Assembly: GCA_964016885.1 (NCBI GenBank)
Contig: OZ024741.1
Coordinates: forward strand, 21,824,001-21,888,000
Direction: 5' to 3'
DNA from: Eledone cirrhosa
Lineage: Eukaryota
Length of the DNA: 64,000 nt
Under the pieces are notes generated by a model, which had not been told where the DNA came from, made no database searches, and saw only the letters and a list, made by a program, of their open reading frames with translations. The position numbers and the translations under genes were made by a program. Of the stretch, positions 38,301 to 53,300 are shown one piece after another. Numbering within the stretch: the first letter of the stretch is position 1; each line of letters starts with the position of its first letter.

Positions 38301-41300
38301 CCAATCTGCCACCCTAGCATGGTGTCTGACGCTCTACTGAGACTGCCAATCCAACACCCTGGCATGGTGTCCGACCCTCTACCGAGACTGCCAATCCAAC
38401 ACCCTGGCATGGTGTCCGACCCTCTACCGAGACTGCCAATCCACCACCCTGGCATGGTGTCTGACCCTCTACCGAGACTGCCAATCTGCCACCCTAGCAT
38501 CGTGTCCGACCCTCTACCGATACTGCCAATCTGCCACCGTAGCATGGTGTCTGACCTTCTACCGAGACTGCCAATCCACCACCCTAGCATGGTGTCCGAC
38601 CCACTACCAAGACTGCCAATCCACCGCCCTAGCATGGTCTCTGAATCTCTACCGATATTGCCAATCCACCACCCAAGCATGGTGTCTGACCTTCTACTGA
38701 GATTGCCAATCTGCCACCCTAGCGTGGTGTCCGACCCTCTACCGAGACTGCCAATCCAACACCCTGGCATGGTGTCCGACCCTCTACCGAGACTGCCAAT
38801 CCAACACCCTGGCATGGTTGATGACCCTCTACCGAGACTGCCAAGCCACCACCCTAGCATGGTGCCGACCCTCTACCGATACTACCAATCCACCACCCTA
38901 ACATGGTGTCCGACCCTCTACCGATACTGCCAATCCACCGCCCTTACAAAGCATGGTGTTCGACCCTCTACCTACCGATACTGCCAATCCACCGCCCTTA
39001 CAAAGCATGGTGTCCGACCCTCTACTGAGACTGCCAATCCACCACTCTTACAAAGCAGGGTGTCCGACCCTCTACTGAGACTGCCAATCCACCACCCTTA
39101 CAAAGCATTGTGTCCAACCCTCTACCTACCGATACTGCTAATCCACCGCCCTTACAAAGCATGGTGTTCGACCCTCTACCGATACTGCCAATCCACCACT
39201 CTTACAAAGCATGGTGTCCGACCCTCTACTGAGACTGCCAATCCACCACCCTTACAAAGCATGGTGTCCGACCCTCTACTGAGACTGCCAATCCACCACC
39301 CTTACAAAGCATGGTGTCCGACCCTCTACCGATACTACCAATCTGCCACCCTAGCATGGTGTGCGACCCTCTACCGAGACTGCCAATCCACCACCATAGC
39401 ATGGTGTCCGACCCTCTACCGAGACTGCCAATCCACCTCCCTAACATGGTGTCCGACCCTCTGACGACACTGCCAATCCACCACCCTGGCATGGTGTCCG
39501 ACACTCTACCGAGACTGCCAATCCAGCACCCTAACATGGTGTCCGATCCTCTACCGAGACTGCCAATCCAACACCCTAACATGGTGTCCGACCCTCTACC
39601 GAGACTGCCAATCCGCCACCCTAGCATGGTGTCCGACCCTCTACCGATACTGCCAATCCACCACCCTAGCATAGTGTCCGATCCTCTCACGATACTGCCA
39701 ATCCACCTCCCTAGCATTGTGTCAGACCCTCTACCTACACTGCCAATCCACCGCCCTAGCATGGTGTCCGACCATCTACCTACCGATACTGCCAATCCAT
39801 CGCCCTAGCATGGTGTCCGACCCTCTACAGATACTGCCAATCCACCACCCTAGCATGGTGTCCCACCTTCTACCGATACTGCCAATCCAAACCCTAGCAT
39901 GGTGTCCCACCCTCTACCGAGACTACCAATCCACCACCCTAGCATGGTGTCCCACCCTCTACCAAGACTGCCAATCCACCACCCTAGCATGGTGTCCCAC
40001 CCTCTACCGAGACTGCCAATCCACCACCCTAGCATGGTGTCCGACCCTCTACCGATACAGCCAATCTACCACCCTAGCATGGTGTACGACCCTCTACCGA
40101 TACTGCCAATCCACCACCCTTACAAAGCATGGTGTCCGACCCTCTACCGAGACTGCCAATCCACCACCCTTGCAAAGCATGGTGTCCGACCCTCTACCGA
40201 TACTATCAATCTGCCACCCTAGCATGGTGTCCAACCGTCTACCGAGACTGCCAATCCACCACCCTAGCATGGTGTCCGACCCTCTACCGAGACTGCCAAT
40301 CCACCACCCTAGCATGGTGTCCCACCCTCTGCCAACACTGCCAATCCACCACCCTAGTATGGTGTCCCACCCTCTACCAAGACTGCCAATCCACCACCCT
40401 AGCATGGTGTCCCACCCTCTACCGAGACTGCCAATCCACCACCCTAGCATGGTGTCCGACCCTCTACCGATACAGCCAATCTACCACCCTAGCATGGTGT
40501 CCGACCCTCTACCGATACAGCCAATCTACCACCCTAGTATGGTGTCCGACCCTCTACCGAGACTGCCAATACACCAACCTTACAAAGCATGGTGTCCGAC
40601 CCTCTACCGATACTGCCAATCCACCACCCTAGTATGGTGTCCGACCCTCTACCGAGACTGTCAATCCACCACCCTTGCAAAGCAGGGTGTCTGACCCTCT
40701 ACCGAGACTGCCAATCTACCGCCCTTAAAAAGCATGGTGTCTGACCCTTACCGAGACTGCCAATCCAGCACCCTTACAAAGCATGGTGTCCGACCCTCTA
40801 CCGATACTGCCAATCCACCACCCTGTTATGGTGTCCGACCCTCTACCGAGACTGCCAATCCAGCACCCTAACATGGTGTCCGACCCTCTACCGAGACTGC
40901 CAATCCACCACCCTAGCATGGTGTCCGACCCTCTACCGATACTGCCAATCCACCACCCTAGCATGGTGTCCGACCCTCTACCTACACTGCCAATCCACCG
41001 CCCTAGCATGGTGTCCGACCCTCTACCGATACTGCCAATCCACCACCCTAGCGTGGTGTCCGACCCTCTACCGATACTGCCAATCCACCACCCTAGCATG
41101 GTGTCCCACCCTCTACCGATACTGCCAATCCACTACCCTAGCATGGTGTCCCACCCTCTACCGAGACTGCCAATCCACCACCCTAGCATGGTGTCCCACC
41201 CTCTAGCAAGTCTGCCAATCCACCACCCTAGCATGGTGTCCGACCCTCTACCTACCGATACTGCCAATCCACCACCTTAGCATGGTGTCCCACCCTCTAC

Positions 41301-44300
41301 CGATACTGCCAATCCACCACCCTAGTATGGTGTCCCACCCTCTACCGATACTGCCAATCCACCACCCTAGCATGGTGTCCCACCCTCTACCGATACTGCC
41401 AATCCAACACCCTAGGATGGTGTCCGACCCTCTACCGAGACTGCCAATCCACCACCCTAACATGGTGTCCGACCCGCTACTGAGACTGCCAATCCACCAC
41501 TCTTACAAAGCATGGTGTCCGACCCTCTACCGATACTGCCAATCCACCACCCTTACAAAGCATGGTGTCCGACCCTCTACTGAGACTGCCAATCCACCAC
41601 TCTTACAAAGCATGGTGTCTGACCCTCTACCGATACTGCCAATCCACCGCCCTTACAAAGCATAGTGTCCCACCCTCTACCGATACTGCCAATCCACCAC
41701 CCTTACAAAGCATGGTGTTCGACCCTCTACCGATACTGCCAATCCACCACCCTTACAAAGCATGGTGTCCGACCCTCTACCGATACTGCCAATCCACCAC
41801 CCTAGCATGGTGTTCGACCCTCTACCGAGACTGCCAATCTACCGACCTTACAAAGAAGGGTGTCTGACCCTCTACCGAGACTGCCAATCTACCACCCTTA
41901 CAAAGCATGGTGTCTGACCCTCTACCTACCGATACTGCCAATCCACCGCCCTTACAAAGCATGGTGTCCGACCCTCTACTGAGACTGCCAATCCACCACT
42001 CTTACAAAGCATGGTGTCCAACCCTCTACCGATACTGCCAATCCACCACCCTTACAAAGCATGGTGTCCGACTCTCTACCGAGACTGCCAATCCACCACC
42101 CTTACAAAGCATGGTGTCCGACCCTCTACCGATACTGCCAATCCACCACCCTTACAAAGCATGGTGTTCGACCCTCTACCGAGACTGCCAATCCACCACC
42201 CTTACAAAGCATGGTGTCCGACCCTCTACCGATACTCCCAATCCACCGCCCTTACAAAGCATGGTGTCCGACCCTCTAACGATGCTGCCAATACAACACC
42301 CTAGCATGGTGTCCGACCCTCTACCGACACTGCCAATCCACCACCCGAGCATGGTGTCCGACACTCTACCGAGACTGCCAATCCAACACCCTAACATGGT
42401 GTCCGATCCTCTACCTAGACTGCCAATCCAACACCCTAACATGGTGTCCGAGCCTCTACTGAGACTGCCAATCCACCACCCTAGCATGGTGTCCGACCCT
42501 CTACCGATACTGCCAATCCACCACCCTAGCATAGTGTCCGACCCTCTACCGATACTGCCAATCCACCACCCTAGCATGGTGTCCGACCCTCTACCTACAC
42601 TGCCAATCCACCGCCCTAGCATGGTGTCCGACCATCTGCCGATACTGCCAATCCACCCCCTAGCATGGTGTCCGACCCTCTACCGAGACTGCCAATCCAC
42701 CACCCTAGCATGGTGTCCGACCCTCTACCGATACAGCCAATCTACCACCCTAGCATGGTGTACGACCCTCTACCGATACTGCCAATCCACCACCCTTACA
42801 AAGCATGGTGTACAACCCTCTACCGAGACTGTCAATCCACCACCCTTGCAAAGCAGGGTGTCTGACCCTCTACCGATACTGCCAATCCACCACCCTTACA
42901 AAGCATGGTGTCTGACCCTCTACCGAGACTGCCAATCTACCGACCTTACAAAGCATGGTGTCCGACCCTCTACTGATACATCCAATCCACCACCCTAGTA
43001 TGGTGTCTGACCCTCTACCGATACATCCAATCCATCACCCTAGTATGGTGCCCGACCCTCTACTGAGACTGCCAATTCACCGCCCTTACAAAGCATAGTG
43101 TCCGACCCTCTACCGATACTGCCAATCCACCACCCTAGCATGGTGCCCGACCCTCTACCGAGACTGCCAATACACCAACCTTACAAAGCATGGTGTCCGA
43201 CCCTCTACCGAGACTGTCAATCCACCACCCTTGCAAAGCAGGGTGTCTGACCCTCTACCGAGACTGCCAATCTACCGCCCTTACAAAGCATGGTGTCCGA
43301 CCCTCTACCTACCGATACTGCCAATCGACCACCCTTACAAAGCAGGGTGTCCGACCCTCTATAGATACTGCCAATCCACCACCCTTACAAAGCATGGTGT
43401 CCGACCCTCTACCGATACTGCCAATCTACCACCCTTACAAAGCATGGTGTCTGACCCTCTACCGAGACTGCCAATCCACCACCGTAGCATGGTGTCCGAC
43501 CCTCTACCGAGACTGCCAATCCACCACCCTAGCAGGGTTTCCGACCCTCTACCGATACTGCGAATCCACCACCCTAAAATGGTGTCCGACCCTCTACTGA
43601 TACTGCCAATCCACCGCTCTTACAAAGCATGGTGTCCGACCCTCTACCGAGACTGCCAATACACCAACCTTACAAAGCATGGTGTCCGACCCTCTACCGA
43701 TACTGCCAATCCACCACCCTAGCATGGTGTCTGACCCTCTACTGAGATTGCCAATCTGCCACCCTAGCATGGTGTCTGACGCTCTACTGAGACTGCCAAT
43801 CCAACACCCTGGCATGGTGTCCGACCCTCTACCGAGACTGCCAATCCAACACCCTGGCATGGTGTCCGACCCTCTACCGAGACTGCCAATCCACCACCCT
43901 GGCATGGTGTCTGACCCTCTACCGAGACTGCCAATCTGCCACCCTAGCATCGTGTCCGACCCTCTACCGATACTGCCAATCTGCCACCGTAGCATGGTGT
44001 CTGACCTTCTACCGAGACTGCCAATCCACCACCCTAGCATGGTGTCTGACCCACTACCAAGACTGCCAATCCACCGCCCTAGCATGGTCTCTGAATCTCT
44101 ACCGATATTGCCAATCCACCACCCAAGCATGGTGTCTGACCTTCTACTGAGATTGCCAATCTGCCACCCTAGCGTGGTGTCCGACCCTCTACCGAGACTG
44201 CCAATCCAACACCCTGGCATGGTGTCCGACCCTCTACCGAGACTGCCAATCCAACACCCTGGCATGGTTGATGACCCTCTACCGAGACTGCCAAGCCACC

Positions 44301-47300
44301 ACCCTAGCATGGTGCCGACCCTCTACCGATACTACCAATCCACCACCCTAACATGGTGTCCGACCCTCTACCGATACTGCCAATCCACCGCCCTTACAAA
44401 GCATGGTGTTCGACCCTCTACCTACCGATACTGCCAATCCACCGCCCTTACAAAGCATGGTGTCCGACCCTCTACTGAGACTGCCAATCCACCACTCTTA
44501 CAAAGCAGGGTGTCCGACCCTCTACTGAGACTGCCAATCCACCACCCTTACAAAGCATTGTGTCCAACCCTCTACCTACCGATACTGCTAATCCACCGCC
44601 CTTACAAAGCATGGTGTTCGACCCTCTACCGATACTGCCAATCCACCACTCTTACAAAGCATGGTGTCCGACCCTCTACTGAGACTGCCAATCCACCACC
44701 CTTACAAAGCATGGTGTCCGACCCTCTACTGAGACTGCCAATCCACCACCCTTACAAAGCATGGTGTCCGACCCTCTACCGATACTACCAATCTGCCACC
44801 CTAGCATGGTGTGCGACCCTCTACCGAGACTGCCAATCCACCACCATAGCATGGTGTCCGACCCTCTACCGAGACTGCCAATCCACCTCCCTAACATGGT
44901 GTCCGACCCTCTGACGACACTGCCAATCCACCACCCTGGCATGGTGTCCGACACTCTACCGAGACTGCCAATCCAGCACCCTAACATGGTGTCCGATCCT
45001 CTACCGAGACTGCCAATCCAACACCCTAACATGGTGTCTGACCCTCTACCGAGACTGCCAATCCGCCACCCTAGCATGGTGTCCGACCCTCTACCGATAC
45101 TGCCAATCCACCACCCTAGCATAGTGTCCGATCCTCTCACGATACTGCCAATCCACCTCCCTAGCATTGTGTCAGACCCTCTACCTACACTGCCAATCCA
45201 CCGCCCTAGCATGGTGTCCGACCATCTACCTACCGATACTGCCAATCCATCGCCCTAGCATGGTGTCCGACCCTCTACAGATACTGCCAATCCACCACCC
45301 TAGCATGGTGTCCCACCTTCTACCGATACTGCCAATCCAAAACCCTAGCATGGTGTCCCACCCTCTACCGAGACTACCAATCCACCACCCTAGCATGGTG
45401 TCCCACCCTCTACCAAGACTGCCAATCCACCACCCTAGCATGGTGTCCCACCCTCTACCGAGACTGCCAATCCACCACCCTAGCATGGTGTCCGACCCTC
45501 TACCGATACAGCCAATCTACCACCCTAGCATGGTGTACGACCCTCTACCGATACTGCCAATCCACCACCCTTACAAAGCATGGTGTCCGACCCTCTACCG
45601 AGACTGCCAATCCACCACCCTTGCAAAGCATGGTGTCCGACCCTCTACCGATACTATCAATCTGCCACCCTAGCATGGTGTCCAACCGTCTACCGAGACT
45701 GCCAATCCACCACCCTAGCATGGTGTCCGACCCTCTACCGAGACTGCCAATCCACCACCCTAGCATGGTGTCCCACCCTCTGCCAACACTGCCAATCCAC
45801 CACCCTAGTATGGTGTCCCACCCTCTACCAAGACTGCCAATCCACCACCCTAGCATGGTGTCCCACCCTCTACCGAGACTGCCAATCCACCACCCTAGCA
45901 TGGTGTCCGACCCTCTACCGATACAGCCAATCTACCACCCTAGCATGGTGTCCGACCCTCTACCGATACAGCCAATCTACCACCCTAGTATGGTGTCCGA
46001 CCCTCTACCGAGACTGCCAATACACCAACCTTACAAAGCATGGTGTCCGACCCTCTACCGATACTGCCAATCCACCACCCTAGTATGGTGTCCGACCCTC
46101 TACCGAGACTGTCAATCCACCACCCTTGCAAAGCAGGGTGTCTGACCCTCTACCGAGACTGCCAATCTACCGCCCTTAAAAAGCATGGTGTCTGACCCTT
46201 ACCGAGACTGCCAATCCAGCACCCTTACAAAGCATGGTGTCCGACCCTCTACCGATACTGCCAATCCACCACCCTGTTATGGTGTCCGACCCTCTACCGA
46301 GACTGCCAATCCAGCACCCTAACATGGTGTCCGACCCTCTACCGAGACTGCCAATCCACCACCCTAGCATGGTGTCCGACCCTCTACCGATACTGCCAAT
46401 CCACCACCCTAGCATGGTGTCCGACCCTCTACCTACACTGCCAATCCACCGCCCTAGCATGGTGTCCGACCCTCTACCGATACTGCCAATCCACCACCCT
46501 AGCATGGTGTCCGACCCTCTACTGATACTGCCAATCCACCACCCTAGCATGGTGTCCCACCCTCTACCGATACTGCCAATCCACTACCCTAGCATGGTGT
46601 CCCACCCTCTACCGAGACTGCCAATCCACCACCCTAGCATGGTGTCCCACCCTCTAGCAAGTCTGCCAATCCACCACCCTAGCATGGTGTCCGACCCTCT
46701 ACCTACCGATACTGCCAATCCACCACCTTAGCATGGTGTCCCACCCTCTACCGATACTGCCAATCCACCACCCTAGTATGGTGTCCCACCCTCTACCGAT
46801 ACTGCCAATCCACCACCCTAGCATGGTGTCCCACCCTCTACCGATACTGCCAATCCAACACCCTAGGATGGTGTCCGACCCTCTACCGAGACTGCCAATC
46901 CACCACCCTAACATGGTGTCCGACCCGCTACTGAGACTGCCAATCCACCACTCTTACAAAGCATGGTGTCCGACCCTCTACCGATACTGCCAATCCACCA
47001 CCCTTACAAAGCATGGTGTCCGACCCTCTACTGAGACTGCCAATCCACCACTCTTACAAAGCATGGTGTCTGACCCTCTACCGATACTGCCAATCCACCG
47101 CCCTTACAAAGCATAGTGTCCCACCCTCTACCGAGACTGACAATCCACCACCCTAGCATGGTGTCCGACCCTCTACCGATACAGCCAATCTACCACCGTA
47201 GCATAGTGTACGACCCTCTACCGATACTGCCAATCCACCACCCTTACAAAGCATGGTGTCCGACCCTCTACCGAGACTGCCAATCCACCACCCTAGCATG

Positions 47301-50300
47301 GTGTTCGACCCTCTACCGAGACTGCCAATCTACCACCCTTGCAAAGCATGGTGTCTGACCCTCTACCGAGACTGCCAATCTACCGACCTTACAAAGCATA
47401 GTGTCCGACCCTCTACCGATACTGCCAATCTACCAACCTTGCAAAGCATGGTGTCTGACCCTCTACCGAGACTGCCAATCTACCGACCTTACAAAGCATG
47501 GTGTCCGACCCTCTACCGTTACATCCAATCCACCACACTAGAGTGGTGTTCGACCCTCTACCGAGACTGCCAATCTACCACCCTTGCAAAGCATGGTGTA
47601 CGACCCTCTACCGATACTGCCAATCCACCGCCCTTACAAAGCATAGTGTCCGACCCTCTACCGATACTGCCAATCCACCACCCTAGTATGGCGTCCCACC
47701 CTCTACCAAGACTGCGAATCCACCACCCTAGCATGGTGTCCCACCCTCTACCGTGACTGCCAATCCACCACCCTAGCATGGTGTGCGACCCTCTACCGAT
47801 ACTGCCAATCCACCACCCTTACAAAGCATGGTGTCTGACCCTCTACCGATACTGCCAATCCCCCACCCTAGCATGGTGTTCGACCCTCTACCGAGACTGC
47901 CAATCTACTACCCTTGCAAAGCATGGTGTCTGACCCTCTACCGAGACTGCTAATCTACCGCCCTTACAAAGCATGGTGTCCGACCCTCTACCTACCGATA
48001 CTGCCAATCGACCACCCGTGCAAAGCATGGTGTCTGACCCTCTACCGAGACTGCCAATCTACCGACCTTACGAAGCAGGGTGTCTGACCCTCTACCGAGA
48101 CTGCCAATCTACCGCCCTTACAAAGCATGGTGTCCAACCCTCTACCGATACTGCCAATCCACCACCCTTACAAAGCATGTTGTTCGACCCTCTACCGAGA
48201 CTGCCAATCCACCACCCTAGCATGGTGTCCGACCCTCTACCGATACAGCCAATCTACCACCCTAGCATGGTGTACGACCCTCTACCGATACTGCCAATCC
48301 ACCACCCTTACAAAGCATGGTGTCCGACCCTCTACCGAGACTGCCAATCCACCACCCTTGCAAAGCATGGTGTCCGACCCTCTACCGATACTATCAATCT
48401 GCCACCCTAGCATGGTGTCCAACCGTCTACCGAGACTGCCAATCCACCACCCTAGCATGGTGTCCGACCCTCTACCGAGACTGCCAATCCACCACCCTAG
48501 CATGGTGTCCCACCCTCTGCCAACACTGCCAATCCACCACCCTAGTATGGTGTCCCACCCTCTACCAAGACTGCCAATCCACCACCCTAGCATGGTGTCC
48601 CACCCTCTACCGAGACTGCCAATCCACCACCCTAGCATGGTGTCCGACCCTCTACCGATACAGCCAATCTACCACCCTAGCATGGTGTCCGACCCTCTAC
48701 CGATACAGCCAATCTACCACCCTAGTATGGTGTCCGACCCTCTACCGAGACTGCCAATACACCAACCTTACAAAGCATGGTGTCCGACCCTCTACCGATA
48801 CTGCCAATCCACCACCCTAGTATGGTGTCCGACCCTCTACCGAGACTGTCAATCCACCACCCTTGCAAAGCAGGGTGTCTGACCCTCTACCGAGACTGCC
48901 AATCTACCGCCCTTAAAAAGCATGGTGTCTGACCCTTACCGAGACTGCCAATCCAGCACCCTTACAAAGCATGGTGTCCGACCCTCTACCGATACTGCCA
49001 ATCCACCACCCTGTTATGGTGTCCGACCCTCTACCGAGACTGCCAATCCAGCACCCTAACATGGTGTCCGACCCTCTACCGAGACTGCCAATCCACCACC
49101 CTAGCATGGTGTCCGACCCTCTACCGATACTGCCAATCCACCACCCTAGCATGGTGTCCGACCCTCTACCTACACTGCCAATCCACCGCCCTAGCATGGT
49201 GTCCGACCCTCTACCGATACTGCCAATCCACCACCCTAGCATGGTGTCCGACCCTCTACTGATACTGCCAATCCACCACCCTAGCATGGTGTCCCACCCT
49301 CTACCGATACTGCCAATCCACTACCCTAGCATGGTGTCCCACCCTCTACCGAGACTGCCAATCCACCACCCTAGCATGGTGTCCCACCCTCTAGCAAGTC
49401 TGCCAATCCACCACCCTAGCATGGTGTCCGACCCTCTACCTACCGATACTGCCAATCCACCACCTTAGCATGGTGTCCCACCCTCTACCGATACTGCCAA
49501 TCCACCACCCTAGTATGGTGTCCCACCCTCTACCGATACTGCCAATCCACCACCCTAGCATGGTGTCCCACCCTCTACCGATACTGCCAATCCAACACCC
49601 TAGGATGGTGTCCGACCCTCTACCGAGACTGCCAATCCACCACCCTAACATGGTGTCCGACCCGCTACTGAGACTGCCAATCCACCACTCTTACAAAGCA
49701 TGGTGTCCGACCCTCTACCGATACTGCCAATCCACCACCCTTACAAAGCATGGTGTCCGACCCTCTACTGAGACTGCCAATCCACCACTCTTACAAAGCA
49801 TGGTGTCTGACCCTCTACCGATACTGCCAATCCACCGCCCTTACAAAGCATAGTGTCCCACCCTCTACCGAGACTGACAATCCACCACCCTAGCATGGTG
49901 TCCGACCCTCTACCGATACAGCCAATCTACCACCGTAGCATAGTGTACGACCCTCTACCGATACTGCCAATCCACCACCCTTACAAAGCATGGTGTCCGA
50001 CCCTCTACCGAGACTGCCAATCCACCACCCTAGCATGGTGTTCGACCCTCTACCGAGACTGCCAATCTACCACCCTTGCAAAGCATGGTGTCTGACCCTC
50101 TACCGAGACTGCCAATCTACCGACCTTACAAAGCATAGTGTCCGACCCTCTACCGATACTGCCAATCTACCAACCTTGCAAAGCATGGTGTCTGACCCTC
50201 TACCGAGACTGCCAATCTACCGACCTTACAAAGCATGGTGTCCGACCCTCTACCGTTACATCCAATCCACCACACTAGAGTGGTGTTCGACCCTCTACCG

Positions 50301-53300
50301 AGACTGCCAATCTACCACCCTTGCAAAGCATGGTGTACGACCCTCTACCGATACTGCCAATCCACCGCCCTTACAAAGCATAGTGTCCGACCCTCTACCG
50401 ATACTGCCAATCCACCACCCTAGTATGGCGTCCCACCCTCTACCAAGACTGCGAATCCACCACCCTAGCATGGTGTCCCACCCTCTACCGTGACTGCCAA
50501 TCCACCACCCTAGCATGGTGTGCGACCCTCTACCGATACTGCCAATCCACCACCCTTACAAAGCATGGTGTCTGACCCTCTACCGATACTGCCAATCCCC
50601 CACCCTAGCATGGTGTTCGACCCTCTACCGAGACTGCCAATCTACTACCCTTGCAAAGCATGGTGTCTGACCCTCTACCGAGACTGCTAATCTACCGCCC
50701 TTACAAAGCATGGTGTCCGACCCTCTACCTACCGATACTGCCAATCGACCACCCGTGCAAAGCATGGTGTCTGACCCTCTACCGAGACTGCCAATCTACC
50801 GACCTTACGAAGCAGGGTGTCTGACCCTCTACCGAGACTGCCAATCTACCGCCCTTACAAAGCATGGTGTCCAACCCTCTACCGATACTGCCAATCCACC
50901 ACCCTTACAAAGCATGTTGTTCGACCCTCTACCGAGACTGCCAATCCACCACCCTTACAAAGCATGGTGTCCGACCCTCTACCGATACTGCCAATCCACC
51001 GCACTTACAAAGCATGGTGTCCGACCCTCTACCGATACTGCCAATCCACCACCCTTACAAAGCATGGTGTCCGACCCTCTACCGAGACTGCCAATCCACT
51101 ACCCTTACAAAGCATGGTGTCCGACCCTCTACCAATACTACCAATCTGCCACCCTAGCATGGTGTCCGACCGTCTACCGAGACTGCCAATCCACCACCCT
51201 AGCATGGTGTCCGACCCTCTACCGAGACTGCCAATCCACCACCCTAGCATGGTGTCCCACCCTCTGCCAACACTGCCAATCCACCACCCTAGTATGGTGT
51301 CCCACCCTCTACCAAGACTGCCAATCCACCACCCTAGCATGGTGTCCCACCCTCTACCGAGACTGCCAATCCACCACCCTAGCATGGTGTCCGACCCTCT
51401 ACCGATACAGCCAATCTACCACCCTAGCATGGTGTCCGACCCTCTACTGATACAGCCAATCTACCACCCTAGTATGGTGTCCGACCCTCTACCGAGACTG
51501 CCAATACACCAATCTTACAAAGCATGGTGTCTGACCCTCTACCGATACTGCCAATCCACCACCCTAGTATGGTGTCCGACCCTCTATCGAGACTGTCAAT
51601 CCACCACCCTTGCAAAGCAGGGTGTCTGACCCTCTACCGATACTGCCAATCTACCGCCCTTAAAAAGCATGGTGTCTGACCCTTACCGAGACTGCCAATC
51701 CAGCACCCTTACAAAGCATGGTGTCCGACCCTCTACCGATACTGCCAATCCACCGCCCTTACAAAGCATGGTGTCCGACCCTCTAACGATACTGCCAATC
51801 CACCACCCTTACAAAGCATGGTGTCCGACCCTCTAACGATACTGCCAATCCACCGCCCTTACAAAGCATTGTGTCCGACCCTCTACCGAGACTGCCAATC
51901 CAGCACCCTAACATGGTGTCCGACCCTCTACCGAGACTGCCAATCCACCACCCTAGCATGGTGTCCGACCCTCTACCGATACTGCCAATCCACCACCCTA
52001 GCATGGTGTCCGACCCTCTACCTACACTGCCAATCCACCGCCCTAGCATGGTGTCCGACCCTCTACCGATACTGCCAATCCACCGCCCTAGCATGGTGTC
52101 CGACCCTCTACCGATACTGCCAATCCACCACCCTAGCATGGTGTCCCACCCTCTACCGATACTGCCAATCCACTACCCTAGCATGGTGTCCCACCCTCTA
52201 CCGAGACTGCCAATCCACCACCCTAGCATGGTGTCCCACCCTCTACCAAGTTTGCCAATCCACCACCCTAGCATGGTGTCCGACCCTCTACCTACCGATA
52301 CTGCCAATCCACCACCTTAGCATGGTGTCCCACCCTCTACCGATACTGCCAATCCACCACCCTAGTATGGTGTCCCACCCTCTACCGATACTGCCAATCC
52401 ACCACCCTAGCATGGTGTCCCACCCTCTACCGATACTGCCAATCCAACACCCTAGGATGGTGTCCGACCCTCTACCGAGACTGCCAATCCACCACCCTAA
52501 CATGGTGTCCGACCCTCTACTGAGACTGCCAATCCACAACTCTTACAAAGCATGGTGTCTGACCCTCTACCGATACTGCCAATCCACCACCCTTACAAAG
52601 CATGGTATCCGACCCTCTACTGAGACTGCCAATCCACCACTCTTACAAAGCATGGTGTCCGACCCTCTACCGATACTGCCAATCCACCGCCCTTACAAAG
52701 CATAGTGTCCCACCCTCTACCGAGATTGCCAATCCACCACCCTAGCATGGTGTCCGACCCTCTACCGATATAGCCAATCTACCACCGTAGCATAGTGTAC
52801 GACCCTCTACCGATACTGCCAATCCACCACCCTTACAAAGCATGGTGTCCGACCCTCTACCGAGACTGCCAATCCACCACCCTAGCATGGTGTTCGACCC
52901 TCTACCGAGACTGCCAATCTACCACCCTTGCAAAGCATGGTGTCTGACCCTCTACCGAGACTGCTAATCTACCGCCCTTACAAAGCATGGTGTCCGACCC
53001 TCTACCTACCGATACTGCCAATCGACCACCCGTGCAAAGCATGGTGTCTGACCCTCTACCGAGACTGCCAATCTACCGACCTTACGAAGCAGGGTGTCTG
53101 ACCCTCTACCGAGACTGCCAATCTACCGCCCTTACAAAGCATGGTGTCCAACCCTCTACCGATACTGCCAATCCACCACCCTTACAAAGCATGTTGTTCG
53201 ACCCTCTACCGAGACTGCCAATCCACCACCCTTACAAAGCATGGTGTCCGACCCTCTACCGATACTGCCAATCCACCGCCCTTACAAAGCATGGTGTCCG